From Hyphomicrobium sp. 12-62-95 (GTDB lineage Bacteria > Pseudomonadota > Alphaproteobacteria > Rhizobiales > Hyphomicrobiaceae): DNA of 64,000 nucleotides. Shown here piece by piece: positions 1 to 8,190 of the stretch (position 1 is its first letter; every line of letters starts with the position of its first letter). The stretch is taken from positions 85,998-149,997 of the forward strand of contig NCCZ01000008.1 of assembly GCA_002279935.1 (NCBI GenBank), given 5' to 3'. The position numbers and the translations under genes are program-made. A model generated the notes under the pieces. It was given only the letters and a program-made list of their open reading frames with translations, did not search any database and was not told where the DNA came from.

Positions 1-1160
1 TTATCGCGGGTGAGCATTCGGGCGATGCGCTGGGCGCCAAGCTGATGGCGGAGATCAGGGCGCGGTTGGGCGCTGGCGTCGTGTTCGATGGCGTCGGCGG
101 AGAGGAGATGGCGGCCCAGGGTCTTGTCTCCTTGTTCCCGCTCTCCGACGTGGCCGTCATGGGGCCAATCAATATTGCCAAGCAACTGCCGCGCTTGATC
201 GACCGCGTGCATCAGACGGTGCGCGATGCGGTGGCGGTGGGGCCAGATGTGGTCGTCATCATCGACAGTCCGGAGTTCACGCATCCGATTGCCAAGCGTA
301 TCCGCCAGCGTATGCCGTCGGTGCCGGTGATCGATTACGTGAGCCCGAGCGTGTGGGCGTGGCGGCCGGGGCGGGCGAAGAAGATGCGCGCCTATGTCGA
401 TCATGTGCTGGCGCTGTTGCCGTTCGAGCCCGACGCGCATGTTCGTCTCGGTGGACCGAAGTGCACGTATGTGGGGCATTCGTTGAGCGAGCGGCTGGAT
501 TGGATCCGGGCACAGGATGGCGCGGGATTGAGTGCACGGCTGGGGCTTGATGCGAACGCGCGCGTGCTTGTGGTGCTGCCGGGGAGCCGGGCATCCGAGG
601 TGACGCGTCTGATGGCACCATTCGGGGAGACAGTGCGGCGCGTGCGCGATGCTTGCCCCGAGGGGTTGGAGGTTCTGCTGCCGGTGGTGCCATCGGTGCG
701 GGCGTTGGTCGAGGCTGCGCTGAAGAGCTGGGACGTGCCGGTGCGGTTTGTCGAGGGTGAGGCGGACAAGTTCGCGGCATTTCGTTTGGCGGAAGCGGCA
801 CTTGCCGCGTCGGGCACGGTGACGCTGGAATTGGGGCTCAGCGGCACGCCGGCGGTGGTGGCGTACAAGGTCGATGCGGTGGCCTCGCGCATGCGGTTTC
901 TCTTGAAAGTGCGGTCGGTCGTGCTCGCCAATCTCGTGGCGGACGAGAATATCTATCCGGAGTTTCTGCAGGAGAATGCGACGCCGGAGAAGATGAGTGC
1001 CGCGCTTACGCCATTGCTGACGCATGGGCCGGAGCGGCGGCTGCAGGTCGAAGCGTTGGTGCGCGTGCGGGAGCGGATCGCGACAGGCGATAAGCGGCCG
1101 AGCGCGCTGGCGGCGGACGTGGTGCTCGATTACGCGACGCATGCGCGGCTCAGGGCGTGA
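1..1160 (+). CDS. lpxB: Lipid-A-disaccharide synthase, 5' end cut by the window edge
   Basis: The frame is open from nt 3 (IAGEHSGDALGAKLM...), matching the conserved N-terminal GE-SGD region of GT19 LpxB. It continues into ORF-track 45..1160. GC3 is very high. Confidence 0.9.
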   Translation, partial: IAGEHSGDALGAKLMAEIRARLGAGVVFDGVGGEEMAAQGLVSLFPLSDVAVMGPINIAKQLPRLIDRVHQTVRDAVAVGPDVVVIIDSPEFTHPIAKRIRQRMPSVPVIDYVSPSVWAWRPGRAKKMRAYVDHVLALLPFEPDAHVRLGGPKCTYVGHSLSERLDWIRAQDGAGLSARLGLDANARVLVVLPGSRASEVTRLMAPFGETVRRVRDACPEGLEVLLPVVPSVRALVEAALKSWDVPVRFVEGEADKFAAFRLAEAALAASGTVTLELGLSGTPAVVAYKVDAVASRMRFLLKVRSVVLANLVADENIYPEFLQENATPEKMSAALTPLLTHGPERRLQVEALVRVRERIATGDKRPSALAADVVLDYATHARLRA

Positions 1161-1252
1161 GGGTGTTCATCGCTCTGATTGCAGAACATTAATTTATCTC
1201 GGCTATTGTCTGGCGGACATTTTGGTCAACGCCTCGCACCGGGACCCATGAC

Positions 1253-2029
1253 GTGATAGCCGGCATTTTATTAATGCTCGTGATCATTGCATTTATTGCA
1301 ACGGTCCTGGCGCTCAGCAAATTAGCCACTGTAGAGACGCGCAGCTGGGGAGCGCCCAGACTGGCGCCCACACTGCTTTTTGCGTTCATCGGCGGCATCC
1401 TTTTATTATTCTATCTCGATGATGCCATGGTTTCCCCTCGCACCGAAGAGAGGGTGCGCCAGCTGTTTCACCTGCCGGATGACGTCGATCTCAAGAGGCG
1501 TGGCCGTCATGGGGGTGCCTCCTGCTATACTCATTCGATGTACGGTCGCACGACCGTTCAATTCACACCCGAACAATTCGCGAGTTACGTCGGGTCTCTT
1601 GATGATCGCAGCGTATGGCGTCCGGTGATGCCGCTGCACTACCTTGCGGAGAAGAGCAGCGTCCGTTTCTCGGACGACGCGCTCTTATGGCAGAGCCTTC
1701 CGGAGCCGCCATGGATGGGCAAACAGCAGCTGGTCTGGAGCATCGCTGGCGCGCAGGTGCGTCGGGGACTGGCTCAATGCTACGAGTTCAGCAGGGTGGA
1801 GCAGTCGGCCCAAGCAACCGGCCATGACGGACGGGTCGAATATACGGTTGCTGCCTGCAATCCGAGGGCGCGGCCGCGCACGCCAGCGGGCGGCGCGCGC
1901 GTGACGGCTGCACTCGATTCCGACACGCAGCAGTTGAACGTCACCCTGCATTTCGACAGCAAGCCCGATTATTGCAACAACCGCGTCTCGAAGTTTCTCG
2001 GCGCGGCGCTTGGCCTTGATGCGAAGTAG
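1253..2029 (+). CDS. Hypothetical membrane protein: two N-terminal TM helices plus a ~200-aa soluble domain. No family recognised.
   Basis: ORF-track 258 aa with a GTG start (alternative ATG at 1274). Hydrophobic segments are IAGILLMLVIIAFIATVLAL and LLFAFIGGILLLFYL. Hand-counted GC is ~53% for 1261-1380. Confidence 0.6.
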   Translation: MIAGILLMLVIIAFIATVLALSKLATVETRSWGAPRLAPTLLFAFIGGILLLFYLDDAMVSPRTEERVRQLFHLPDDVDLKRRGRHGGASCYTHSMYGRTTVQFTPEQFASYVGSLDDRSVWRPVMPLHYLAEKSSVRFSDDALLWQSLPEPPWMGKQQLVWSIAGAQVRRGLAQCYEFSRVEQSAQATGHDGRVEYTVAACNPRARPRTPAGGARVTAALDSDTQQLNVTLHFDSKPDYCNNRVSKFLGAALGLDAK

Positions 2030-2051
2030 GTGGAAGCAGTAGCGGAACGAT

Positions 2052-2777
2052 TTGCCGATGTCTCGAACTGTGCAACGACCGGGTGAGACGCCAAGCTCCA
2101 CGGGACGCCGAGTGTCCCGGGGTGCATGGGGCGTTGCAGGGCTCGTTCTGTTTGGCGTTTGGCTTTGGTTCAGCCCGCCCAACAGCTTTCATCCCACGTG
2201 CACCTATTCGGTGAATGCCACTGTATCCGCAGACGTCGAAGTTGGCGGTGAAAAACTCTCATCAACCGTGGTCCATCAGAACTCTCACTCTCGGGGATGG
2301 ATCAGCATCATGAACTCTGCTGGCTGCAAGCAGAGGTACGGCAATGCGCTTGTCTACCGGCTGCCCAACGACAGCGTTCTCATCGTCGCTGCAAAGCTTT
2401 GCTACGCGGCACAAAAGGAGTTCGCCGCGTCCGGGCATGTCGATGTTCTGCGCGCTTGCACGGGGAAGCAGGCAAGACAAGATCGCGCCTACATCGTCGA
2501 TACCGCAGACCGGCCGGAAACATGGCGCCCGGCGACCAATGGCATTGATTTTCGCATCCTCAGCATGACCGCAACGTCCACGTGGCGCCATCCCACCGAC
2601 GACATCCAATCAATCGCGCCAAATCTATTGAAGTCGTATTTCCAAAATGACCGCAGCCGTGACATTCAGTGGGGCGATACACCCGAAACCGTGATTGACT
2701 ACGCGCGTCGGTATGACGTCAAGAAAACGCGGCCGGACAAATCATTCGAGTTCGACGTGCGCTATCAAGGGTTTTAG
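2052..2777 (+). CDS. Hypothetical membrane-anchored protein: one N-terminal TM plus a ~190-aa domain. No family recognised.
   Basis: ORF-track 241 aa with a TTG start (ATG at 2058). TM segment is WGVAGLVLFGVWLWF. Hand-counted GC is ~52% (2581-2700) and GC3 is ~63% in a 41-codon sample, both below neighbouring genes. Confidence 0.6.
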   Translation: MPMSRTVQRPGETPSSTGRRVSRGAWGVAGLVLFGVWLWFSPPNSFHPTCTYSVNATVSADVEVGGEKLSSTVVHQNSHSRGWISIMNSAGCKQRYGNALVYRLPNDSVLIVAAKLCYAAQKEFAASGHVDVLRACTGKQARQDRAYIVDTADRPETWRPATNGIDFRILSMTATSTWRHPTDDIQSIAPNLLKSYFQNDRSRDIQWGDTPETVIDYARRYDVKKTRPDKSFEFDVRYQGF

Positions 2778-2800
2778 GCCGGATAGAAAATAGCATCTGC

Positions 2801-2826
2801 GCCCCTCCCCGCGATGGGGGAGGGGC
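2801..2826. terminator. GC-rich hairpin between convergent genes (10-bp stem, 6-nt loop)
   Basis: gcccctcccc-gcgatg-ggggaggggc. There is no U-run on either side, so it is a hairpin or possible factor-dependent stop rather than a canonical intrinsic terminator. Confidence 0.45.
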
Positions 2827-2848
2827 GTGCCTGCAAACGCGTTGACCC

Positions 2849-5005
2849 TTATTCCGCGGCTGCCATTGCTGGCTGGTTGACGCGGCTGACTTCGACCAAG
2901 TTATCCGAGAACGTGGGGGCGCGGCCGAGGCCGCAGTGGGCGTCGGACGAGATGGAGTTGACCGAGCCGTCGGTGCGGTTGAGGGAGCGCCAATAGCCGA
3001 GGGTGGCCACGACGATGCCGGGGTTGACGTCGTCGGTGATGCGCGCGACGCCGGTGAAGTCGCCGCGGTCGTTGTAAACGCGGACCGGATCGCCTTCCTT
3101 GATGTTGCGCTTTTCGGCATCGGCTGGCGAGATCAGGACGAACTGCTCGCCTTGCGCTTTGATCTTGTGCTCCTCATTCGCGTAGCAGGAGTTCAAGAAC
3201 GCGTGGCTCTTGGGTGATATGATGTTGAGCGAATAGAGCTTGGCGCGTTCGGGGTTGGTCTCGGGCGCTTCGCGGTTGGCGATGTAGCCGGGCAGCGGAT
3301 CGACGGGCGAGCCGTCCTGATCGCCCTCGTACATGGCGCGGAAGGGACCGGCGACGAAGTTCTTGGCATCGTGCAGCAGGAATTCGACCTTGCCGGAGGG
3401 CGTCGGGAACTTGCCGTCTTTGTGCGGCGTGCGCGTGTCGGCGGAGCCCACGTCGATCTTAAAGTAGCCGTGCTGCTTGAAGTACTCCATGTCGATGCCG
3501 GCCATCTTGGGGTCGTCCCAATTGATGTAGAAGGCGGCCAGTTCGCAGTCGGTCATTTTGAAGACAGGGTCGTCAAAGCCCATCTCGGCGGCTAGCAGGC
3601 GCCACATGTCGCTTGTGGGCTTGCATTCGCCCGGCGGTTCGACGGCCTTCTGATTGTACGTGAAGTAGAAGTGACCCCACGACCACATCATGTCCTCGGC
3701 TTCACCGGCCATGGCGGCAGGCAGCACGATGTCGGCGTATTTGGCCGTGTCGGTCATGAAGTGTTCGGCGACGACGGTGAAGAGGTCTTCGCGCTTCAGG
3801 CCCTTGACGATCTTGTTGGTCTCAGGCGCCTGGCTGACCGGATTGGTGCAGAAGACGAAGAGCGAGTGCAGCGGCGGGTCGAGTTTCATTTCGCCGGTGA
3901 GTGCCGCGCCGAGGCGCAGGTTGTTGATGACGCGGGTGCCGGGTTTGATCCAGTCGGCGCGCGAGACCTTGGCCCAATCGACGGGGAAGTCCCAGAGCGG
4001 CATCTGCAGGAGGCCGCCGCCGACATGCTTCCAGGAGCCGACGAGGGCTGGTAGCGCGCAGACCGCGCGGATGGCCTGGCCGCCGCCGGCATGGCGTTCA
4101 AGGGCGACGCCGAGACGAATGACGGACGGTTGGGCTGTGGCGAATTCCTTGGCGAACTTGCGGATGTCTTCGGCTTTGACGCCCGTGATCTTTTCAACGT
4201 GCTCGGGCGAGAAGTCGGCTGAGCGATACTTCAGTTCCGGATAGCCATACGTGTGCTTGTCGACCCACTCCTGATCGACGAGGCCTTGGGCGATGATGGA
4301 ATGAATGAAGCCCATGGCGAGTGCGCCGTCGGTGCCGGGCTTGGGGCAGATGTGCCAGTCGCCGGCTTTCGCGGTGCGGGACTTGTACGAGTCGATGACG
4401 ACGACCTTGGCGCCGCGCTTCTGGGCTTCGAGCACGAAGGGCCAGTGGTGCAGGTTGGTCGAGATGGAATTGCAGGCCCAGATGACGATGAACTTGGCGT
4501 GGACGAAGCTTTCCGGATCGACACCGCCGGTGGGGCCGACGGTCAGGAGCCATGCGGTGGAGGACCCCGACGCGCAGAACGTCTTTTCGTTCACGGTGGT
4601 GCCGAGGCGATTGAAGAAGGGGTCGCCGGAGTTGATGCCCTGCACGAGGCCCATATTGCCCAGGTAGCTGTAGGGCATGATGGCCTGGCTGCCGTATTCG
4701 GCGATGATGGCGCGCCACTTGCTCCCGATTTCGGAGACGGCGTCTTCCCAAGTGATGCGCTCCCACTGGCCGGAACCCTTCGGACCCTTGCGGCGCAGCG
4801 GATACATGAGGCGGTCGGGATTGGCGTGATGGTCGTGGAAGTCCTTGAGCTTCACGCAGAGGCCACCGCGCGTCATGGGGTGGTCTTTGTTGCCGCGCAC
4901 GTCGACGAGTTTGCCGCCTTTGACTTCGTAGACCATCGAGCAGGTGTCGGGGCAGTCGTGCGGGCAGGCGCCGTGGAAGGTCTCGGATTTAATCTGCTCG
5001 TTCAT
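2849..5005 (-). CDS. Cytoplasmic bis-MGD molybdopterin oxidoreductase (MopB superfamily) with an N-terminal 4Fe-4S motif
   Basis: The N-terminus MNEQIKSETFHGACPHDCPDTC...C carries a CX2CX3C..C cluster motif. The protein is long and MopB-like with a C-terminal barrel region and no Tat signal. I chose the ATG at 5005, preceded by ggagaggaag; the ORF-track extends to 5122. Confidence 0.85.
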   Translation of the reverse strand: MNEQIKSETFHGACPHDCPDTCSMVYEVKGGKLVDVRGNKDHPMTRGGLCVKLKDFHDHHANPDRLMYPLRRKGPKGSGQWERITWEDAVSEIGSKWRAIIAEYGSQAIMPYSYLGNMGLVQGINSGDPFFNRLGTTVNEKTFCASGSSTAWLLTVGPTGGVDPESFVHAKFIVIWACNSISTNLHHWPFVLEAQKRGAKVVVIDSYKSRTAKAGDWHICPKPGTDGALAMGFIHSIIAQGLVDQEWVDKHTYGYPELKYRSADFSPEHVEKITGVKAEDIRKFAKEFATAQPSVIRLGVALERHAGGGQAIRAVCALPALVGSWKHVGGGLLQMPLWDFPVDWAKVSRADWIKPGTRVINNLRLGAALTGEMKLDPPLHSLFVFCTNPVSQAPETNKIVKGLKREDLFTVVAEHFMTDTAKYADIVLPAAMAGEAEDMMWSWGHFYFTYNQKAVEPPGECKPTSDMWRLLAAEMGFDDPVFKMTDCELAAFYINWDDPKMAGIDMEYFKQHGYFKIDVGSADTRTPHKDGKFPTPSGKVEFLLHDAKNFVAGPFRAMYEGDQDGSPVDPLPGYIANREAPETNPERAKLYSLNIISPKSHAFLNSCYANEEHKIKAQGEQFVLISPADAEKRNIKEGDPVRVYNDRGDFTGVARITDDVNPGIVVATLGYWRSLNRTDGSVNSISSDAHCGLGRAPTFSDNLVEVSRVNQPAMAAAE

Positions 5006-5193
5006 TGCGCTTCCTCTCCAGGTGTTCGTTTTGTTGCCCGGGCGATGCCGGGCTGCCGGTCCGCGTCGAGGCGGACCGGTTGAATGGTGCGGCATCCTGG
5101 CATTGATTGTTTGATCGGGCAATCTTGATCGGCGTCAGTCCGCAGTTGTGCGGAGGGGTAATGCGGCTTCGCAATTGCAGCGATTGGTTTGGG

Positions 5194-6249
5194 TTAGGGC
5201 AGCGCGTCGCGATAGACGTGGATACGGCCGGCGGCGTCGCGGATTTCGCAGCCGTCCGCCGTCAACCGAACGTCGGCTGAGAGAAGAGAAATTTTTCCGA
5301 AGGCGCCGGGGAGATCGAGGACATAATCGGGCCGGGCGATGCCGGACAGGCGGCGGTGGAGTTCGCTAACGAGGGCGATGCCGTGGGCGACGGGCACGCG
5401 GAAGTGGCCGGTGCCGGGGGCGAGGTCGCCGTGGTGGAGGTAGTAGGGGATAATACGCGTTTCGAGGAAGGCGCGCATGAGGGCGTCGAGCGTGGCTATG
5501 TCGTCGTTGATGCCGCGCAGCAGGACGGTCTGGCTGACGAGCGGGATGCCGGCAGTGGCGAGGCGGGTGAGTGCGGCGCGGGCGTCGGAGGTCAGTTCGC
5601 GCGGGTGATTGGCGTGAATGCCGACGATGATGGTTTTGCTGCCAGAGGTGAGGGCTGCGACGAAGGCATCGGTGACGAGGTTTGGCGCGACGACGGGGAC
5701 CCGGGTGTGCCAGCGGACGATTTTGACATGCGGGATAGTATCTAGGGCCTGCATCAGCGCGCGGACGCGGCGGGCTGAGAGCATGAAGGGATCGCCTCCA
5801 GTGAGGATGACCTCCCAGATGGCGGGGGTCGCTTGGATGTAGGCGAGGGCCGCGTTGAGTTCCGCGTCGGTGAGATTGTGGCCGGCGTCGGGGCCGACCA
5901 TTTCGCGGCGGAAACAGAAGCGGCAATAGACCGGGCAGACGCCGACTATTTTTAAGAGCACGCGGTCGGGATAGCGGTGGACGAGGCCGGGTACGGGGCT
6001 CTTGGCGTGATCGCCGATGGGGTCGGCTAATTCGGCGGCATGCGTTGTGAGTTCTGCTGCGGTGGGGACGAACTGGCGGGCGATGGGGCCGGTTGGATCG
6101 TTGCGGTCGATGAGGGCGGCCATCGTTGGCGTGATGGCCACCGCATAGCGCTCAGTGACGGCGGCCAGCGTGTCCGCGTTGGATGGCGCGGCGAAGCCCG
6201 CTGCGACGAGGTCGGATGCGGAGCGGAGTGTTTTTTCGCGTGCTGTCAC
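5194..6249 (-). CDS. Radical-SAM lysine 2,3-aminomutase-like protein (EpmB/YjeK-size KamA family)
   Basis: CPVYCRFCFRR is the CxxxCxxC radical-SAM motif. At 351 aa it is EpmB-sized and lacks the long KamA C-terminal domain. The GTG start overlaps the stop of the upstream GFA gene (GTGA). Confidence 0.85.
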   Translation of the reverse strand: MTAREKTLRSASDLVAAGFAAPSNADTLAAVTERYAVAITPTMAALIDRNDPTGPIARQFVPTAAELTTHAAELADPIGDHAKSPVPGLVHRYPDRVLLKIVGVCPVYCRFCFRREMVGPDAGHNLTDAELNAALAYIQATPAIWEVILTGGDPFMLSARRVRALMQALDTIPHVKIVRWHTRVPVVAPNLVTDAFVAALTSGSKTIIVGIHANHPRELTSDARAALTRLATAGIPLVSQTVLLRGINDDIATLDALMRAFLETRIIPYYLHHGDLAPGTGHFRVPVAHGIALVSELHRRLSGIARPDYVLDLPGAFGKISLLSADVRLTADGCEIRDAAGRIHVYRDALP

Positions 6250-6716
6250 GGGAGCGGCCAGACGTCGGTGTCGTGATCGGGGTGCTGCTTGGACACGAGT
6301 TGGGCGAGGAAGGGGGCTGCGATTGGATCGTCCAGCGTGTGCATCGATGGCAGGGCCGCGATGGCGTCGACGTAGGGGAGCTTGCCTTCGATGCCGAACT
6401 GGACGGTGGGTGAGATTTTTTCGGGATGGTCGAAGGCGGCGATGGCGAGCGCCACGCCGTCGGGGACTTCATAGGTGAGCGGTGTGCCGCAGTTTTCGCA
6501 GAAGCCGCGGTTGACGAAGTTGGACGAGGCGAAGTGCTTGGGTTTGCCGCGCGTCCAGGTGAGGGTGGCGCCTTTGGTGTTGACGAGGGGCGCGTAGAAG
6601 GCGCCGAAGGCTTTCTGGCACATGCGGCAATGGCAGACGGAGGCAACTTTCAGTTCGCCTTCGACGCGGAAACGTATGGCGCCACATTGGCAGCCGCCTG
6701 TCAGTCCGTCGGCCAT
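6246..6716 (-). CDS. GFA-family (glutathione-dependent formaldehyde-activating/CENP-V-like) zinc protein
   Basis: GGCQCGAIRF...CHCRMCQK...CENCGTP cysteine pattern typical of PF04828. A ggag Shine-Dalgarno sits in the 15-nt gap after moxR. Confidence 0.8.
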   Translation of the reverse strand: MADGLTGGCQCGAIRFRVEGELKVASVCHCRMCQKAFGAFYAPLVNTKGATLTWTRGKPKHFASSNFVNRGFCENCGTPLTYEVPDGVALAIAAFDHPEKISPTVQFGIEGKLPYVDAIAALPSMHTLDDPIAAPFLAQLVSKQHPDHDTDVWPLP

Positions 6717-6731
6717 GTATCTGCTCCGCTG

Positions 6732-7580
6732 CTATTGCTCGCCCTTGCGGCGGCTCATGAAGGCGATGCGTTCGAAGAGGTGGACGTCCTGTTCGTTCTT
6801 GAGGAGCGCGCCGGCGAGCGGGGGGATAAGTTTGCGGCTGTCGGTTTCCTTGAGTGTGGCGAAGTCGATGTCTTCGGCGAGGAGAAGTTTCAGCCAGTCG
6901 ATCAGTTCCGAGGTCGAGGGCTTCTTTTTGAGGCCGGGGACCTCGCGCATGTCGTAGAAAATGCGCAGCGCTTCCGAGACGAGGCGGCCCTTTAGATTGG
7001 GGAAGTGCACGTCCACGATCTTTTGCATGGTGTCGGGATCGGGGAACTTGATGAAATGGAAGAAGCAGCGGCGCAGGAAGGCGTCGGGTAGTTCCTTTTC
7101 GTTGTTCGATGTGATGATGACGATAGGGCGCTGGGCGGCCTTGATGGTTTCGCCGGTTTCGTAGACGAAGAATTCCATGCGATCGAGTTCTTGCAGGAGG
7201 TCATTGGGAAACTCGATGTCGGCCTTGTCGATTTCGTCGATGAGCAGGATGGGGCGGCGGTCCATGATGAACGCCTCCCAAAGCTTGCCCTTCTTGATGT
7301 AGTTGCGGATGTCCTTGACGCGCTCGTCGCCGAGCTGGCTGTCGCGCAGGCGCGAGACGGCGTCGTATTCGTAGAGGCCTTGCTGCGCCTTGGTGGTGGA
7401 CTTGATGTGCCACTCGATGATGGGGGTGCCGAGTGCGCGGGCGACTTCCAGCGCGAGAACGGTTTTGCCGGTGCCGGGTTCGCCCTTGATGAGGAGCGGC
7501 CGTTCGAGGGTGATGGCGGCGTTGACGGCGACCTTGAGGTCGGGGGTTGCGACGTAATTCTTCGTGCCGTCGAATTTCAT
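6732..7580 (-). CDS. MoxR-family AAA+ ATPase
   Basis: Walker A GEPGTGKT and Walker B LLIDEIDKA. At 282 aa its length and sequence are typical of the MoxR/CoxD-like subfamily. Confidence 0.9.
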   Translation of the reverse strand: MKFDGTKNYVATPDLKVAVNAAITLERPLLIKGEPGTGKTVLALEVARALGTPIIEWHIKSTTKAQQGLYEYDAVSRLRDSQLGDERVKDIRNYIKKGKLWEAFIMDRRPILLIDEIDKADIEFPNDLLQELDRMEFFVYETGETIKAAQRPIVIITSNNEKELPDAFLRRCFFHFIKFPDPDTMQKIVDVHFPNLKGRLVSEALRIFYDMREVPGLKKKPSTSELIDWLKLLLAEDIDFATLKETDSRKLIPPLAGALLKNEQDVHLFERIAFMSRRKGEQ

Positions 7581-7690
7581 GGGCGCATCGGGGTCCGGTT
7601 GCAGGGATGGGGACCGTACGGCGATGCTTGAGACGGGGGAAGGGGGCTGAACGCCACTGCGGGGCGGGTTCGCGTTTGTGGCTCAGTGCC

Positions 7691-7731
7691 AAAAAAGTGC
7701 GCCGCCCATGGGTGGGGTCCATGGGCGGCGC
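7691..7731 (-). terminator. Rho-independent terminator on the minus strand with no annotated gene upstream of it
   Basis: A 13-bp GC stem (7699-7711 pairs with 7719-7731) has a 7-nt loop. It is followed on the minus strand by T6 (A-run 7691-7696 on the plus strand). Confidence 0.7.
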
Positions 7732-7945
7732 TAGGCCGGTGGATGTGGCCGGCCGGGTGTCCGGGAAGGACCTCGCCGTATTTGCAGATCTGGCCGGGAT
7801 GTGGGGACAACAGGCCGTGAGCTGCGTGGATCGGCGCCGTGTGGGAGCGGTTGGCCTTCCTAGGGCGATCACGCTACACGAGAGAGATGGCGTATTCCCT
7901 CTAGTTGCGTGACCGCCTTTGAACAACTATAGATTGCGTTAGATC
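7732..7945 (-). ncRNA. Candidate structured non-coding transcript, or 5' leader of the moxR operon. The 5' end is unknown.
   Basis: The region ends at the orphan terminator. It contains a long imperfect hairpin at 7864-7917 (ggcggtcacgc...gcgtgatcgcc with an inner agaggga/tctctct stem). Every ORF crossing it is R/P-rich and runs through the terminator. Confidence 0.3.
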
Positions 7946-7946
7946 A

Positions 7947-7963
7947 GTTAATCTCACGTTAAC
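7947..7963. promoter_or_regulatory. Perfect CtrA-box match (GTTAA-N7-TTAAC). It reads TTAA-N7-TTAAC on both strands.
   Basis: gTTAAtctcacgTTAAC, an exact match to the alphaproteobacterial CtrA consensus TTAA-N7-TTAAC. An AT-rich 9-mer like this is rare by chance in GC-rich DNA. Confidence 0.55.
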
Positions 7964-8071
7964 GGCGGTGGACGCGTGCGATTGTCTCGTCGCGTCATGC
8001 TGGGTCCGTTCTCCCAAGTCTTGGAATTCACGAGAAAAATAAAAAGACAGGCGGGGCAGAGGCCGCTTGCC

Positions 8072-8100
8072 TTGACTCCGACACGCCCCCGCGACAATAG
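8072..8100 (+). promoter_or_regulatory. Candidate sigma-70-type promoter for dksA
   Basis: TTGACT-N17-CAATAG, about 90 nt upstream of the dksA ATG. Sequence match only. Confidence 0.3.
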
Positions 8101-8190
8101 GTTCGCGACCGTCCGGGGTCCTCGGGCACGAGTCGTGCCCTGCCCTTGGATTTTTCGAGTGCGTGACGGTGCCTTAAGCGGAGACCGGCC

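Noticed and set aside
5006-5193. A possible Moco riboswitch in the 190-nt leader of the molybdoenzyme gene. On the minus strand it contains the hairpins ccggtccgc-ctcga-gcggaccgg and gcccgg-catcgc-ccgggc.
   Set aside because: I could not find the conserved Moco-motif blocks I remember (CCGAGCC, or AAAGGAG near the SD). The hairpins alone are not diagnostic.
7755-7870. Fragments resembling the SRP RNA helix 8 (GUCCGGGAAGGAC) and guanidine/ykkC-type motifs (CUAGG...ACACGGCG) inside the moxR-dksA spacer.
   Set aside because: Only short pieces match. The spacing and other invariant blocks (GGUCCGAGAG, AGCAGCC) are missing, and the SRP-like hairpin is on the strand opposite the terminator.
8120-8160. 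A hairpin gggcacg-agt-cgtgccc followed by ggattttt in the dksA 5' UTR, with a GANTC (CcrM) site at its apex.
   Set aside because: The stem is short (7 bp) and the U-run is interrupted. GANTC sites are frequent by chance, so there is not enough evidence to call an attenuator or a methylation switch.
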